DNA of 62,489 bases, counting the filler, from Choristocarpus tenellus KU-1152 (lineage: Eukaryota; Protista; Phaeophyceae), in the NCBI GenBank assembly GCA_964200185.2. It is 13 parts of 13 records of this genome, joined end to end, with 100 filler letters (N's around TTAATTAATTAA, not from the genome) between each part and the next. Parts side by side here need not be neighbours in the genome. Positions count along the whole stretch, not along the records: positions 1 to 5,346 come from CAXNAD020011076.1; positions 5,447 to 9,493 come from CAXNAD020016496.1; positions 9,594 to 13,568 come from CAXNAD020016839.1; 10 more parts are not named here. One strand, written 5' to 3'. Of the stretch, positions 1 through 12,711 are shown piece by piece. Position numbers and translations under genes: made by a program. Numbering within the stretch: position 1 is the first letter of the stretch; every line of letters begins with the position of its first letter. The notes under the pieces were generated by a model. The model was not told the origin of the DNA, did no database searches, and saw nothing but the letters and a program-made list of their open reading frames with translations.

Positions 1-59
1 TCCACCCCTTCCAAGATAAATAAACACAAATACAGACACAAAACCATAGTAGCACTGAA

Positions 60-865
60 CTTGGGTATTGTCATGGACTCTCCCCTTTCAGAACTAGGAC
101 ACAGAAACAACAGGACACTAAGACCATGACTCAGAGTCACAAAAGAGATTGGGTGCTGTCATGGAAAGCTTACCCTTGCTAGGAACTATGAATATATACA
201 AAATAAATTTAAACATCTTACAATAAAAAATAACAATAGAGAGCATCTCAGCAAGTTTCTCCCTCTTCACACAACTATCAGCAAAAATAAATACAGGCAC
301 AAAATTATAATAGCACTCAAATAGGGTACTGCTTAGACTGTCCCCCTTCACAGCTATAAACACAAATTATTGGACACCAAGATGTCTCACAGTCACAAAC
401 AAAAACAAGGTCCTGCTATATAAAGGCTTGCTTAACCAATAAACAAAGAACATACAAACAAAGGACTCAGAAAATAGAGAGTGTCATAGTAAGACTCTCC
501 CCCCTCACAATTATCAACACAAATGGATATGGATGCAAAATTACAATAGCACTGTTGTCATAGACTCTCCCCCCTCAGAACTAAACAAAAATAACTATAG
601 GACACCCACACAAATGCCTCACAATCGCATAGAGGTAGGGTGCTGCCATGGAAAGGCTTACCTTCTCTAGGAACTATGAACATACTAACCAACAAGACAA
701 GCGTCTTCCAATATCATCAAAATAGGGAGTGTCATAGCAAGACTCTCCTGGTTCAGAACTATCAACACAAACAAGTACAAGACACAAGAATAATCTTTCG
801 ACAGACACAGACAAAATGTCTAGCAATAACATAATAATCTGTAAGTCATAGCAAGACTTTTCACA
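60..865. repeat. Degenerate ~80-bp tandem repeat with 3-monomer (~245 bp) higher-order structure
   Basis: Motif tgtcat(a/g)g..agactctcccc / gga(a)agcttaccct recurs at about 68, 155, 240, 325, 410, 480, 557, 642 and 729; every third unit is most alike. Confidence 0.6.
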
Positions 866-1033
866 CTAGTTAGAATGCGAAAAGGCAGACATGCTATTCG
901 CCTGTAACAGATCCCCCTGATATGATGTAAGGACGGTCACCTGGCATCGTATCGTATCGTATTGAGAGTTGAGACCACCAACATATTTTGTCCTAGTGTC
1001 CACTTGGAATTTTTCATGGTGTATCGTGAGAAA

Positions 1034-1104
1034 TCACCCCAAAATCGCGACATGGAAAAATGGGCCCCAAATAGACGGCACCCCCCCCCCAGATATTTTG
1101 AGCC
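1034..1104. mobile_element. MITE family B, right-end fragment
   Basis: aaaatcgcgacatgg...cccaaatagacgg-C-run-agatattttgagcc matches the ends of 2523-2702 and 4931-5109. Confidence 0.75.
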
Positions 1105-1375
1105 TTTCTTACATTGGAGTGTCGATTAAAATCATTGTATAGCAATTGTTGAACGTAGTCAGACCACAAAGACTACTCGACGGTTGTTGACATCGTGCAG
1201 CATTTACTCCTCTTCCCCCATTCTGGAGTATCCTCTATTTAAGATACCAGAGACCTATATGCTGGCCGCATATACCTCTCAACTTGTATTCAGGCTGACT
1301 ACAACTGCTGATCCTATTCCCCTCAGACCTTGACCATGAGCTTGATGATGCTATGATGACATTCCATCAATGTCA

Positions 1376-1622
1376 GAGTGAAAGTATCTTAGGAGGTACG
1401 AGTTTTGCCCTGTTTGTCCATTTGGGGCTTGGCTTTCCATGGGGTTTTTCATTATATTTTTCTACTCCAAAATGTTTAGGAGTAGGTAATATGTATATGA
1501 TATGAAATGGTGTGTCCAGAACATGGATATTTATACTTCCTAACAAACACGATAGCCAAAATCGCGACCTTGGATTTTGACCCCCAAATGGACGCGGCTC
1601 TACCCTTAAGATATTTTGGCTC
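1376..1622. mobile_element. MITE family A (~250 bp), 3-bp TSD TCA
   Basis: TIRs GAGTGAAAGTATCTTAGGAGGTA / TACCCTTAAGATATTTTGGCTC; TCA on both flanks; many copies in the window. Confidence 0.9.
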
Positions 1623-2022
1623 TCACCAGTATTATGGCTGACTGATATGCTGATCCCACGCACTCAGAGACCTTGTAAAACTTGATTGCTATGTTGACCA
1701 CATACCATCAACCTTTGGCTGATGATATCCTCATATAGTGTTCATATTAATGCCGTGTTCATATACATAACATTTCATCTCGTATCAAGTCCGGTAATAA
1801 AATGGCGTAATTGTATACTAACAGTCACACCTGTTTCCCATTTTGCTCGCAGAGGTCTCCTTTTGGTTGGTCCGAAACCATGCTTACATGACTTCAAGGT
1901 CCATTAGAAGGGGGGGTGATGTGGAACGCAGGCTTGTTTATTGTCATACCGTATTGCCGTGTATGATATACCATCATACCATTTGGGATTTCTTGTCTGG
2001 AATACTGGATTCCAGTGGAGGA

Positions 2023-2290
2023 GGGCCAGAGTATCTGGGGGGGGGTGTCGGCGTCCGTTTTTCGCCCTTTATTTGATTGTCACTTTGTTGGTGTGATTTG
2101 GTCACACGTGTCGGATTTGAAATGTGAGGGAAAAAAAAGAAGTTGTTTCACCGAAACGGACGCCGCCCCCTCACGAACCACCACCCTCCCCCCCCCCCCG
2201 AAACCTTTGCCCCGGGTATTTAGTAAAAACGAAGTAAAAGAATCTCTTTTAAAAAGAGACCNNNNNNNNNNCCCCCAGATACTTTGACCC
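2023..2290. mobile_element. MITE family B-like subfamily, 4-bp TSD AGGA
   Basis: GGGCCAGAGTATCTGGGG...CCCCAGATACTTTGACCC flanked by AGGA on both sides; inner end resembles 9594-9651. Confidence 0.8.
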
Positions 2291-2522
2291 AGGATATTCA
2301 GTAAGACAGAGTTAATAGAATCTCTTTAAGAGAGAGTCCCACAGGTGGATTCTCTACATTCAGATATACCAAGAAGTCCAAGGATTCCCTTTCACATCCC
2401 ACCCTGCTACTCTGTAATCTCCTTTTCTCATCAACGTCCTCACCATCTACTCTCCACTCTTGTCCTTGTCCAAACCTTACCTGGTCCTCTCAGTTACGGT
2501 TCATGTTGGTCCGTCTAGCCTG

Positions 2523-2702
2523 AACCCAAAGAATCTGTGGGGGCGGGGGGGGGTCTACACCAGGGGGTCCATTTGAACCAAAATCAGGAAAAGTGCATTT
2601 ACATTATCCATCCAACGTATGCAACCAGATCACCCAAAAGTCGCGACATGAAAGTATTGACCTCAAATGGACAGCCGCCACCACCCCCAGATACTTTGAG
2701 CC
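2523..2702. mobile_element. MITE family B copy
   Basis: Reverse-orientation homolog of 4931-5109; ends cccagatactttgagcc. Confidence 0.8.
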
Positions 2703-3215
2703 ATTTTTCACATTTATGACAACTGTTACTTCTTTAGGGATTTTTCAGACATGTGAATAGTTCTCATTAGTTCTCATTAGTTTTTCCCCTGGCGCATCTG
2801 CAAAATGTCAGAGGGCATAAATAAATAAGCAAGATATGTCATATCATGTTGAGGACCATGTTTAGTACTATACCAAGTCAATGCCAACTCTTTGAATGGT
2901 TTGTCAAGTGGCATGTGGTCGGTGAGAAAGAGTAGCTTGCAGTCTTACGCGTTCAGCATGCTTGGTAATGATAGCACCATGTACGAATATCAATATTGAA
3001 TATTGGCTGGCCACCAATACGAGTCTCTATCCTTGTCAAATGGGGGGTACAACCTAAGTGACCTTCAGACAACGCATCATGATGGCAAGCGTTGAGTACA
3101 AGACGACTAACAAGCGAGGAACGGCCTGGTTTCTAAACGTGGTCCTCTTGCGAAGACGGTCTGGTGCATATGAACGATACATGAAGTCATTACGAAGGAA
3201 AAAATACGACTCAGA

Positions 3216-3713
3216 GAGCGAAAGTATCTTAGAGGGTACGAGTTTTGCCTTGTTTGTCCATTTGGGGGTTGGTTTCCTGTGTTCATTTTTATTATATTTT
3301 CCCACTCCAAAATGTTTCGGAGTAGGTCAAATGTGTACGTTATGAAAAGGTGTGTCCAGAACAAGGATACTGACACTTCCTAACAAACACGTCAGCCAAA
3401 ATTACATCAAAATCGCAACATTGGATTTTGGCCCCCAAATGGACGCTGCTCTACCCTCTAAGATACTTTGGCTCACACGTGAGTTTTGCCCTATTTCTCC
3501 GTTTGGGGCTTAGCTTCCCACAAGTTATTTTATGGAATTTTACCTACTCCGAAACATTCATAGTGGGTAAAATGTGTACATTTCGAAAAGGTGTGTCCGG
3601 AACAAGGATACTGACACTTCCTAACAAACACGGTAGCCAAATTTCATCAAATAGCAACATTCGATTTTGGCCCCCAAATGGACACGGCTATACCCTCTAA
3701 GATACTTTGACTC
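3216..3713. mobile_element. Tandem MITE A dimer (full 3216-3474 plus left-truncated 3480-3713), outer TSD AGA
   Basis: Two right TIRs and one left TIR; AGA at 3213-3215 and 3714-3716. Confidence 0.85.
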
Positions 3714-4348
3714 AGACGTAATTTCCGTAACAGGTGGTGTGGGGCAACACTTGGGGCCTCAAAATACCTTAAATATGATCCAAACCCTGTCTCCTTCTCC
3801 TTGTGCAACTGCGCCAGGTCCACTGTAGAAAATACAGTAATGGAACTAGTATACGGTATACGATTGTTTTGGACGGGCGTCACTAGGTCAAAGTTAGAAA
3901 CAGACAACTCGTATTCCTCTTGAACACGTAGAATATATCAATTACTAACACTGGATATATTACCACAGATGGGTGCCAACATTAGAGCAACACATTTCTC
4001 CAGTTCCTCAGACTTGAAAATACAAGAACATTTCGCGTACCAGGCTTGTGTTTGGCAGTGAATTCATAAACTTGAAGAACAGCAGCCCAACGAGTAAGCA
4101 TGTGACCGTTATCCTACATTCTATATATTAATACAATGTGGCATGTTCTGTAATGCAGGCGAATTATCTACTCCACATATATACGGACAATAAGTGATAC
4201 TGGTAGCCACTGCAAAACACTCTGCCGACGTAGCTGAATAGTGACGTTGATCTTCATTGAGTTTCTTGCTGAAGTAAGCAATGATTCCTACGTCACCAGG
4301 AATATCGACTTGGACTTGTGCTAAGAAACCTCAGGCACCGCTATAATT

Positions 4349-4630
4349 GAGTAAAATTATCTTAGAGGGTACGAGTTTTGTCCTGTTTGTCCATTTGGGG
4401 CTTGACTTCCCAACAAGTATTTTTAGATATTTTCCTATTCCAAAATGTTTCGGAATTGGTAAAATGTATACTTTGTGGAGAAGGTTTCATGTATAAAACT
4501 TTGAACAGGTGCGCCTGGAACAAGGATATCGACACTTCCTGACAAACACAATAGTCAAAATTACATCAAAATCGCAACACCGGATTTTGACCCCGAATGG
4601 ACGCGGCCGTACCCTCTAAGATACTTTCAT
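4349..4630. mobile_element. MITE A copy with eroded right TIR
   Basis: GAGTAAAATTATCTTAGAGGGTACG...TACCCTCTAAGATACTTTC; splits the Gypsy RNase H DA..GAxGFLAQ region. Confidence 0.85.
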
Positions 4631-4930
4631 GCCTTGGCATCAATAAGGGCGCGTTCCTAAAGTGGGGGAACAGGAGAACTAGACCTGATGTGACTAATTG
4701 TTTCACTTAATATTACACCCTGGTCCGTTCCGCATTCCTTACCAAAATGCCTTCACCGATTCCTTCCTCAGTAAGACAAACTTATTATGTAATGACTGTG
4801 GCTAGGTTAGGTATAAATTGGCGCACAGAACTTATCATACCTAGGACAGATCAATGTTCCTTGATAGTGGTGGGCTTAAAATATTTCAGCGCTGGCACCA
4901 ACTTGTTCTTCACTGATACAAATCCCTTCA

Positions 4931-5109
4931 GGCTCAAAGTATCTGGGGGAGGTGGCGGGTGTCCATTTGGGGCCCATTTTTTCCATGTCGCAATTTTTGG
5001 GTGATTTGGTTGCATACGTCGGATAGATATTATAAGTGCACTTTTCCTGGTTTTGTCCCGAATGAACACCCTGGTGTAGTCCCCCCACCCCCCTCAAATA
5101 CTTTAGGTC
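4931..5109. mobile_element. MITE family B (~180 bp), 3-bp TSD TCA
   Basis: GGCTCAAAGTATCTGGGGG...AAATACTTTAGGTC; removing it plus one TCA restores the RT motif YLGHFLLSEGICI in frame. Confidence 0.88.
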
Positions 5110-5346
5110 TCAGACAACAAAAAGTGACCCAGATAACAGACTCCTTAAGATACAAACTGAAATTTTGAAGGTTTCAGGGTTGATCCTGCAGCTTGTACAG
5201 TTTTGACCCTTTTTGATTGAACCTCTTTTGATAAAGCGAAAGCAACACATCGACTGAGCTGAATATCAAGCTGACACCGAACGTGGTTATCATCTGTGGA
5301 CTTTCCTCGTAGCGTCGTTTGAGGTCGTTGGATTTGAGTTGTACAT

Positions 5347-5446
5347 NNNNNNNNNNNNNNNNNNNNNNNNNNNNNNNNNNNNNNNNNNNNTTAATTAATT
5401 AANNNNNNNNNNNNNNNNNNNNNNNNNNNNNNNNNNNNNNNNNNNN
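5347..5446. other. Artificial scaffolding linker N44-TTAATTAATTAA-N44 (first of 12; others at 9494, 13569, 18302, 25281, 31044, 35426, 38805, 43957, 47033, 50623, 56677)
   Basis: Identical 100-nt blocks with a six-frame stop core; genes are cut at them and do not resume across them. Confidence 0.97.
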
Positions 5447-6069
5447 CCAGATACTTTGGGTCAGGGTTGACAACAGTGTTTTTATTGATGCTGTCCTTAT
5501 TTTTTCATGTGCTGGATCACGACAGCAAAGCAGATTTATTTTTTTTCATAACTTTATACATGTCGTGAGATTATTTAGCTGAGCTCTGCTTACCTTTCAT
5601 ACATAGTGTTCTATGTGGGTATGTGTAGGAGGAGGAAAGGGGTGTGGAGGTTGACCCTAACATATCTATTGGTGTGCACAATGGACCAAATTGGCCTAGA
5701 GACCCAGAAATGTCATCTGAGGTGACAATCTGCGTGCAAATGTTGGGGATATAGTATTACCTGGCCAATTGCTCTGCATAATCTAGACTTTTGTTGGCCC
5801 TCTTCCATCACCCAACAACTACAAATTTGCTTCTAACCCTAGCCTTAACACTTTAGCCTTACTGGACTCTGGGTTGTGAGGTTTAATGCTCGTGCCACAT
5901 ACAGTATCCACCCTCTACTCTTTTGAAGGAAATTCTCTTCCCTACCTATCTTCCCCTTGGAAGCATCCCAACTCAGCTTTTTTTATGTGGGAAACCTCTG
6001 TTGCATCCGGTGCTTGCACCTTGCCACTCACTCCACTTGACTAAGTATTTTCAACACGCCTTCTGTCAG

Positions 6070-8233
6070 AGGGAACACGAAGCAAGAATGGTCGTCTTGG
6101 ATCCTTCAAACGAGGGCCGTTTCTCATGGCGGAGCGAGCGGGTGTGAAGGTGGTACCAGTGTCCATCTCAGGTGTATCTGAAGCTATGCCCCCGTTTGCC
6201 TTGGCCCCTCTCTGCAAGGTGAGAACAATATTTTGTTCGGGCTGTCAGGTCTCCTCGGGGCGAGTCTTAAATCGTTCTGTGTTGCGTACGAGGGACCTCT
6301 TGTGATGATTGCTCAGGGTTTTGGGGGTGTGGTGGGGGTGCGGCGAGGGGGGCATGGTGTGTAGCGCAATCTCACCTGGTTGATACAAAAACCTTCAACT
6401 CACAGTGCAAAGCGTCTGTCTTACAAGAGGGAGCTCTATGAGTGATAGCGTCAATACCTGCATGATCCCGAGCTCTAGCTGGGCTGTAACAGGCCTTGTT
6501 GTTGATTCAATATTTTTTGTTTTTATCTTCATGACGGTATTGGAAACACTTTACACATTTACAATTTGTTGTATCCTCACCTTGTAGGTCACATTTATGT
6601 CTGAGACCCAGTACCTATGGGTTTCCGTTTATCACCCTACTTTAATGCCGGTTGCTGGATGTCAGATGGATCAGAGGAGGGAGGCGGGGAAGGGAGAGAT
6701 AAGGTTGATGGCATAGGTTTTGAAATCTTGAGCCCTATAACCAACTCTAACCTAAGGTGCATAAAATCATTAGTGCTTATACTTTCATATTGGGGAAGGT
6801 GTAGAAGGTGGGGGGGAGAGGTAGTATTTTTTTGTTCTACCCCCGCCTCTCTCTCTCTGTGTCCATGTGTTATTGTGCACATGCTACAGCTGGGAGAGGT
6901 GGGTCTCTAGTTATTCTGCCCAAGCTTTTGAAATCGTAGCTGACACCACCACTTGTCAGTTTTCTCAATTGATAGTTTGAGTGAAGGTTCAAGGTTCTTG
7001 GATTGTTCTTGGATTGTTCTAGTAGTACGGTTTGTTCACGTTATTTTTTTTTCTTGAATGCAGACGACTGCTGTGCTGTTGCACTACAACCAGCTGTACT
7101 GGGCTGTACATGCCTTGCTTCTTGTGTATTGGCTTGAGTCACCCCAGCACGTGTTGCTTCCCCTCCCTCCGGGAATTTTGAGTGCTGTACTTGCCTGGCA
7201 GTGTTGCTCTGTAATGAAACCTTCCCACCATAATTAGGGTATTTTCATGCCTTTGTGGTTGAGCCTCAGACAGGATGGTAGAGGTGTACACTCTGGTGAT
7301 GGTTGGGTGCATACCTGCACAAACCTTTTCAGGAATTAGGGCATATTGCCCGTTAGCCATGAAGACAGGCAGAGTGAGACAGGGTTGAGATTGAGATTAT
7401 AGTAAGTCTTAAGTATGTGAGATCTGTGGGTATACTGCTGATGGTAGTAACGATTACATGGCATTAGAATACCCTTCTACAAAATGGTTACTACCATCAG
7501 CAGTATTCTAAAATGGTTAAGGATCGACCGAAGTAGAAGAACAGTTTGTGTAAATTCTTATGGGCTCTGCTATATTTTTTGTGCAGTGATTTTGTGGCAG
7601 CGCTGTCCTCTATGGATTATTTCTTAAATCATCTGCACAAGAGATATTCATAACAATTGGGAGGCATCAGCCTCTCACTTGTTCACATACATTCTTAGGT
7701 GACAGTGGTGACTGCATTGGTTCCTTTGCTCCAAATGTCTTCGCAGTTTCTGTACGTGTCTGAGGGGGTTCTTGATATTGACTGAAGGATTCAATTTCTA
7801 AGTGTTACTTTGTGCCAAAGTATGTTTCTATTAATAGTAGGTAGATGGTTGTTGTGGCATACTCTTAGGCAGGCTCATGGTCTTCACAGTTTCAAACCTT
7901 CATGTGCAACATTTTATCTATTTTTTGTACCAATAAGTACTGTTGGTCATATATTATTTTTTCTATAGCAAGGGTATTTTTTTCTTTTATGGATACATTC
8001 TGACCGGCCAGCCCCCCTCTCCCACTCTTGATCTTCTTGGTGACATATTTTGTTTGGGATGATAGCCTCGTGATGTCTGTGTGCATGTCCACCAGCCACT
8101 ACTGACTGAAGGGCGACCAGTGCGGGAGGTCATGTCAGATGCATGGGAGGCAGTGAACTCTGTGCTCTCTATAGAGAGCAGACATTTGCCTGGAGGGAGT
8201 GGGGATGATGTTGTGCAGGAAACAACTGACTGA
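6070..8233 (+). CDS. 1-acyl-sn-glycerol-3-phosphate acyltransferase (PlsC/LPAAT), last two exons 6070-6218 and 8066-8233
   Basis: Exon (E)GTRSKNGRLGSFKRGPFLMAERAGVKVVPVSISG (EGTRS/FKxG motifs) with ag/gt borders splices in phase to PRDVCVHVHQPLLTEGRPVREVMSDAWEAVNSVL...TD*; 5' exons lie beyond the gap. Confidence 0.9.
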
Positions 8234-9593
8234 TTTTTTGTAGATTCAGTAACGATTTTTGAAGGGTGTGTGTGTACAGGAAGACTTTTTGCAAGTGCGG
8301 TGAAGGCTAGGGATGAATGTGATTGCAATTGTTTGCTTGTACCTCTCCCGATTTTAATAAAGACTATTTTTATATTTTTACACCATGGACCATGTCTTTT
8401 CGATCTTGCTACTCTGTTCACCTGTTCACCATTTACACTGAGATTTCTAGGTACAGATATGTGCTGTTGTGTATACACTCCTAAGGTATGTATCATATAC
8501 TTGATGTAGTGCATTTCTTGTGGTTTATGAAAAGCCTTGAGATCAGGAAGTGAGTATGGGGATGGATTGTTTATCCAAGGCTGTCTTCGGAAGTTAAGTA
8601 ACTGATGCCAAGGCTCTTGAACTAAAAAAATAGACTTACTGAATCTAAAATTTTACCTCCAACCTATAGGTATTGATCCTTTTCCATACATACTATTTGT
8701 ATGTATAGCTCTCAAGTTGTTTTATGGCATGTATGGGTAAGACAGGGGCACTTGCTACAGCTGCAGGAGTAGCATGCCCCGGTTCCCAGTAGTGTAAGCA
8801 GGTTTAGTTGTTCTTGAGCTCACAGTGGTGCCAGCAATCCCCAAGAACATGAGAAACATTGCTTGCCCTCTCCCCAAGTATATGATCTCTCTACTACTAC
8901 TGCTGTGGTGACGCAAGTGTATGTTCATGAGGTGGCCCTTGTAGAGGTCAATGCATTGTCCAATTGAAGCCTGGTAAAACCTTTGTATGAATGGTACCTC
9001 TTGCTGTGCCCACTATAACAAATCCTCATTGTGTGGTGACCATACAGGTACATGCATGTTGGCCTAAAAACTGTCAATATGTGAGTCTTTTTTTTAAAAT
9101 CAGGACTAGATGAGGCAATGTGTCTGATAAAGGGAAAAGAAGTAAGTAAATATGTATCTACTCTGTTCCCTTGCATGTCTTAAAACCCCGAAAACCTCTG
9201 GAAGGCCTCAACCTCGCCCTGACCACAATTTCAACCACCCCACCTGTGTGATATGAGGGAAACTCTGGTGAATCCCTCTTCTGCCAGGCTGGCACCCCCC
9301 TAGGATGGCTATTGGTGAACAGTGCTCTAACGTGGCAGGCGTATATGGACACTGTATTTTATACTCATAGTTTTTACACATACAATAACAAGATATATTT
9401 GGGGGGGAGGGGGGGTGCATGATAGGAGCTGTACTGAGTCCAAAGTAGGAAAAAAAAAACACAAACCAACTAGCCTAGAGCGTGTGTGTGTGTNNNNNNN
9501 NNNNNNNNNNNNNNNNNNNNNNNNNNNNNNNNNNNNNTTAATTAATTAANNNNNNNNNNNNNNNNNNNNNNNNNNNNNNNNNNNNNNNNNNNN

Positions 9594-9651
9594 ACCGAAA
9601 CGGACGCCCCCTCACAAACCACCCGCCCCCGCCCCCCAGATACTTTGACCC
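9594..9651. mobile_element. MITE B-like right end (other end fragments at 5447-5462, 13541-13568, 18402-18443, 38718-38760)
   Basis: C-run + AGATACTTTGACCC/GAGCC or its complement, mostly at contig ends. Confidence 0.75.
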
Positions 9652-11887
9652 AAAAGGGGGTTCTAACCGCTGTGTCCTCATAATATAATTAGAAGTGTAA
9701 ATTTTGGCGCTGTGAACCCCCCCAAAAAACAAATATTGAATCGGTCCATGTAGTTTCCATTGATTTGATCCAACTGTCCCTACACAGGCAAGGTGTACGT
9801 AGGACACCGAGGGGCAAAAGGCACCCCTACTGATCAGGGGGCCTGCCATAGGCTCAAAAATTGGAGTTACACTCATTTGTAAACCCTTTCTCTACTGCCA
9901 GCAGCATGATCACATTGTCTGCTGTTGTTATAACTGAGACGGGATATTGCCCATGCTTTGTCTGGACTGATTACGAAGAGGGACGTATCATTACGTTAAA
10001 GCCAGTATGAGTCAATCCAATGGATGGGTGGGCAGGGTTTGCATTGTAAGGATCCCGAGAAAGGGATATCAGAGGGATATCTTGTACAACTATAGAAAGG
10101 GCCTTGCTGAATTATGGTGTTACTTCGTGTTTGGAATCGGGGAATATCAGTTTTGCATACACCAATTTACGCATACAGCGATGAAATTAAGTAAGTGTAT
10201 CTCATTGCTTGAGAGCGATGACTTAGAATGCAACAGGATCCAAAACTTGCCAAACTCTCAATTAGTTTGGCTCCGTTTAACTGTTTCAATGATGTTATTT
10301 CATGCCCGCTCACTGAAAGTCTTCTACTGCCATTAGAGGACAGAAAGTGCGTATACAAGAGAGCTTCTATGACCAACTATGTCCACCTATCAATAGTGGT
10401 GTGTTTTGTTCAGAACTCACGCAGCAGAACCGTGAAGAAACAAGAAATTAAACCTTTCCACATAATATATTTATTAATAGTAGTGTTGGTAGGTGGCATA
10501 TTGACCTGTGGAAGCTATGACAACATTGAAATCATAAGAAGTATGAAATAACGAACGATGCCGTTAGCTGTACTCTTCGACTACTAACACTACGAATGCT
10601 ACCAAACCCAAGAAAAATATTGTGTCTATGTCCTGCTGCTGTATGTAACTTGATTCCTACATTCTGGTGTCAGTTACTCTGTAGTTGCATTCTTGGCATC
10701 CTCTCATGCGTCCGCACTGAGCCTGACGCTGCAAAGTAAGACGACAAGCTGCACAGATTTTCGTGTCCAGTATAATTCTCTTTGCTGCAACAAGATTCCC
10801 AGATGACGAGAACACACACTCTGCTTATAGCAAAAAACCCCGTTAGGCAAATATGACAAAGAGTAGACAAGATGAAACCCTTTCTCGCCACCACCTAACT
10901 GGGTCATTGAAAGTGCTTCTCTCATCACCCACATGAAGGCATGGCACCATCTTGAAGGGGTCCACTTCCACTTGGACTGACTACTCCATGTGGTCTCTCC
11001 TTATGACTTTTACCACCCCTCAACCAGTAGTAGCAACGTAGCATCGACCACAAGGCTTAATGGGAGCTCTAGTGAAGCCCTTCATTGGATGGGACTATGA
11101 CCCTCTCAGCGCAGGCAGTGTCTGCACCATGCTATACCGTCCCTGTTGCATCTAGTTTGTCCTGCCTTGAATGCTCGTGAGATAGCACATCCCTCGCTTC
11201 CATCCTTCAGTGGTTCTTCTTCCTAGTCTTCACCATCCACATATGAGAGAACATGCCCGGCACATGGACCACCAAGGCCTCCAGACCCAAATCCTCTACA
11301 GGCATCAGGTAGATTCATAACTATGGAAATGTACCAATGGTGGTGGGGAGGTTTTTCCAATGCTAACGGTGATGCTCAATACACAAAATATAGAAATATA
11401 CGGAAAATATCAATATCCAAACCTTTTTACAGTTGTCAAAAGTTACAAAGAGGAGTGCTGATTAAATAAATCGAGACAATCAAACAGTCACAGCTCCCAA
11501 ATTTCAATAAAAAATGGTGCGAATAGTGTGGGTATCATCAATGTAGCACCCTAAATCGGACGACAGCAAGCTGCTAGTCTCTTCAATTTCTCAGAATGGT
11601 ATCCTGAGACACCTTGTATGTATGAACCAATAGGAACCGTTTAGGGATACTTGGTTTTCCTAGTGTTTGGTACTGGTGGTACATATTGAGTAGGCCAGTA
11701 TTTCTCTGTAAGGTTCGGCTTAGTTTACCCTCAAGACCCTCAGTAACCAATGTTTCTTAGCAGTCTGGCACAGTTCGCAGGTCTGTTTGCAATCACTCAT
11801 TGTTCCAGAGTTGATAGGCAAATCGTCCCGATTACGACACCTACCTTAAACAACCGACTTTTAATATAAAAATAGACAAGGCAACAC

Positions 11888-12192
11888 TGTCAGTCCAGGT
11901 CTGTGTGGGCGCATAGAGGTAGGGACACCCTATTTTCGGGTCTCTCAACGCGTGGTAAACGTTGGTGATGGGAGGTATGGGATCCCCGCTCTAATCAACA
12001 CAATAAGGAGAACCGAGGAAGGAGTTTGGTCAGGTCACTTTGCACTCATTGCTCTACACATTTTTGTACATAGTTCAACCCGTCTACATAATCACACATG
12101 CTCAGACAAACAACGAACACGATGCGATAATCCTGTTGAGCAACAACAAAATGACACCTACTCATTTGAACTTGATCTGATCCTGCTGAACA
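11888..12192. mobile_element. Possible solo LTR
   Basis: Begins TGTCAG and ends CTGAACA; start resembles the TGTCAGGGACAGG terminus at 27767 (minus); TSD unclear. Confidence 0.25.
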
Positions 12193-12447
12193 CACTCCTG
12201 TGTCTCGATTTACAGCAAAAATAGGGGCTTACGTCCGACCTTCAACTATGAAGGATAGAGTGCTTCAGGTCTCTCACATTCAAACAGCTCTGCGAGTGCA
12301 GCAAGGGTGGCTGTGCCAGGGGGGAATGAGAGGGGAGACTTCCGCTAGATAGTGGTCACAGTTGTGCTCCAGCAGCACCAAGAGGAAAGGAACAGCATGT
12401 GTGTGCCTGGGTATACAAAGGGGATATGTGACAGGAGAGGAAGAAGA

Positions 12448-12711
12448 GAGTGAAACTATCTTTGAGGGTACGAGTTTTGCCCAGCTTGTCCATTTGGGGC
12501 TTGGCTTCTCATGGGTTCTTTTATGACATTTTCCTACTCCAAAATGTTTTGGAGTAGGTAAAATGTGTATTTTATGAAAAGGCATGTCTGGAACAAGGAT
12601 ATGGACACTTCCTAACAAACACAATAGCCAAAATTACNNNNNNNNNNAATCGCAATATTGGATTTTGGCCCCCAAATGGATGTGGCTCTAACCTCTAAGA
12701 TACTTTGCATC
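12448..12711. mobile_element. MITE A copy, 4-bp TSD AAGA
   Basis: Family A TIRs; AAGA at 12444-12447 and 12712-12715. Confidence 0.88.

Larger units (their letters stand above)
2830..5260 (-). mobile_element. Degenerate Ty3/Gypsy pol relic (RT-RNase H-integrase) interrupted by three MITE insertions
   Basis: Minus-strand peptides in Gypsy order: AGSTLKPSKFQF..YLGHFLLS|EGI, PTTIKE..VLGMISSVRQFIPNLA, IAYFSKKLNEDQRHYSATSAECFAV, LTRWAAVLQVYEF..HKPG, LVLNACHHDALSEGHLG..DSYWWP, and a frameshifted PF-RVGIDLV; many stops and frameshifts. Confidence 0.88.

Noticed and set aside
1376-1622. MITE acting as an introner (self-splicing-out insertion)
   Set aside because: No consistent GT/AG at the termini and no copy interrupts an intact host exon here.
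1373-1663. Recurrent short ORFs with SPKWTNRAKLVPSKIL / YPLRYF
   Set aside because: Chance translations of the non-coding MITE A.
5391-5402. Recurring TTAATTAATTAA as a biological motif, and ORFs ending in XXX-LIN
   Set aside because: Artificial six-frame-stop linker embedded in N runs.
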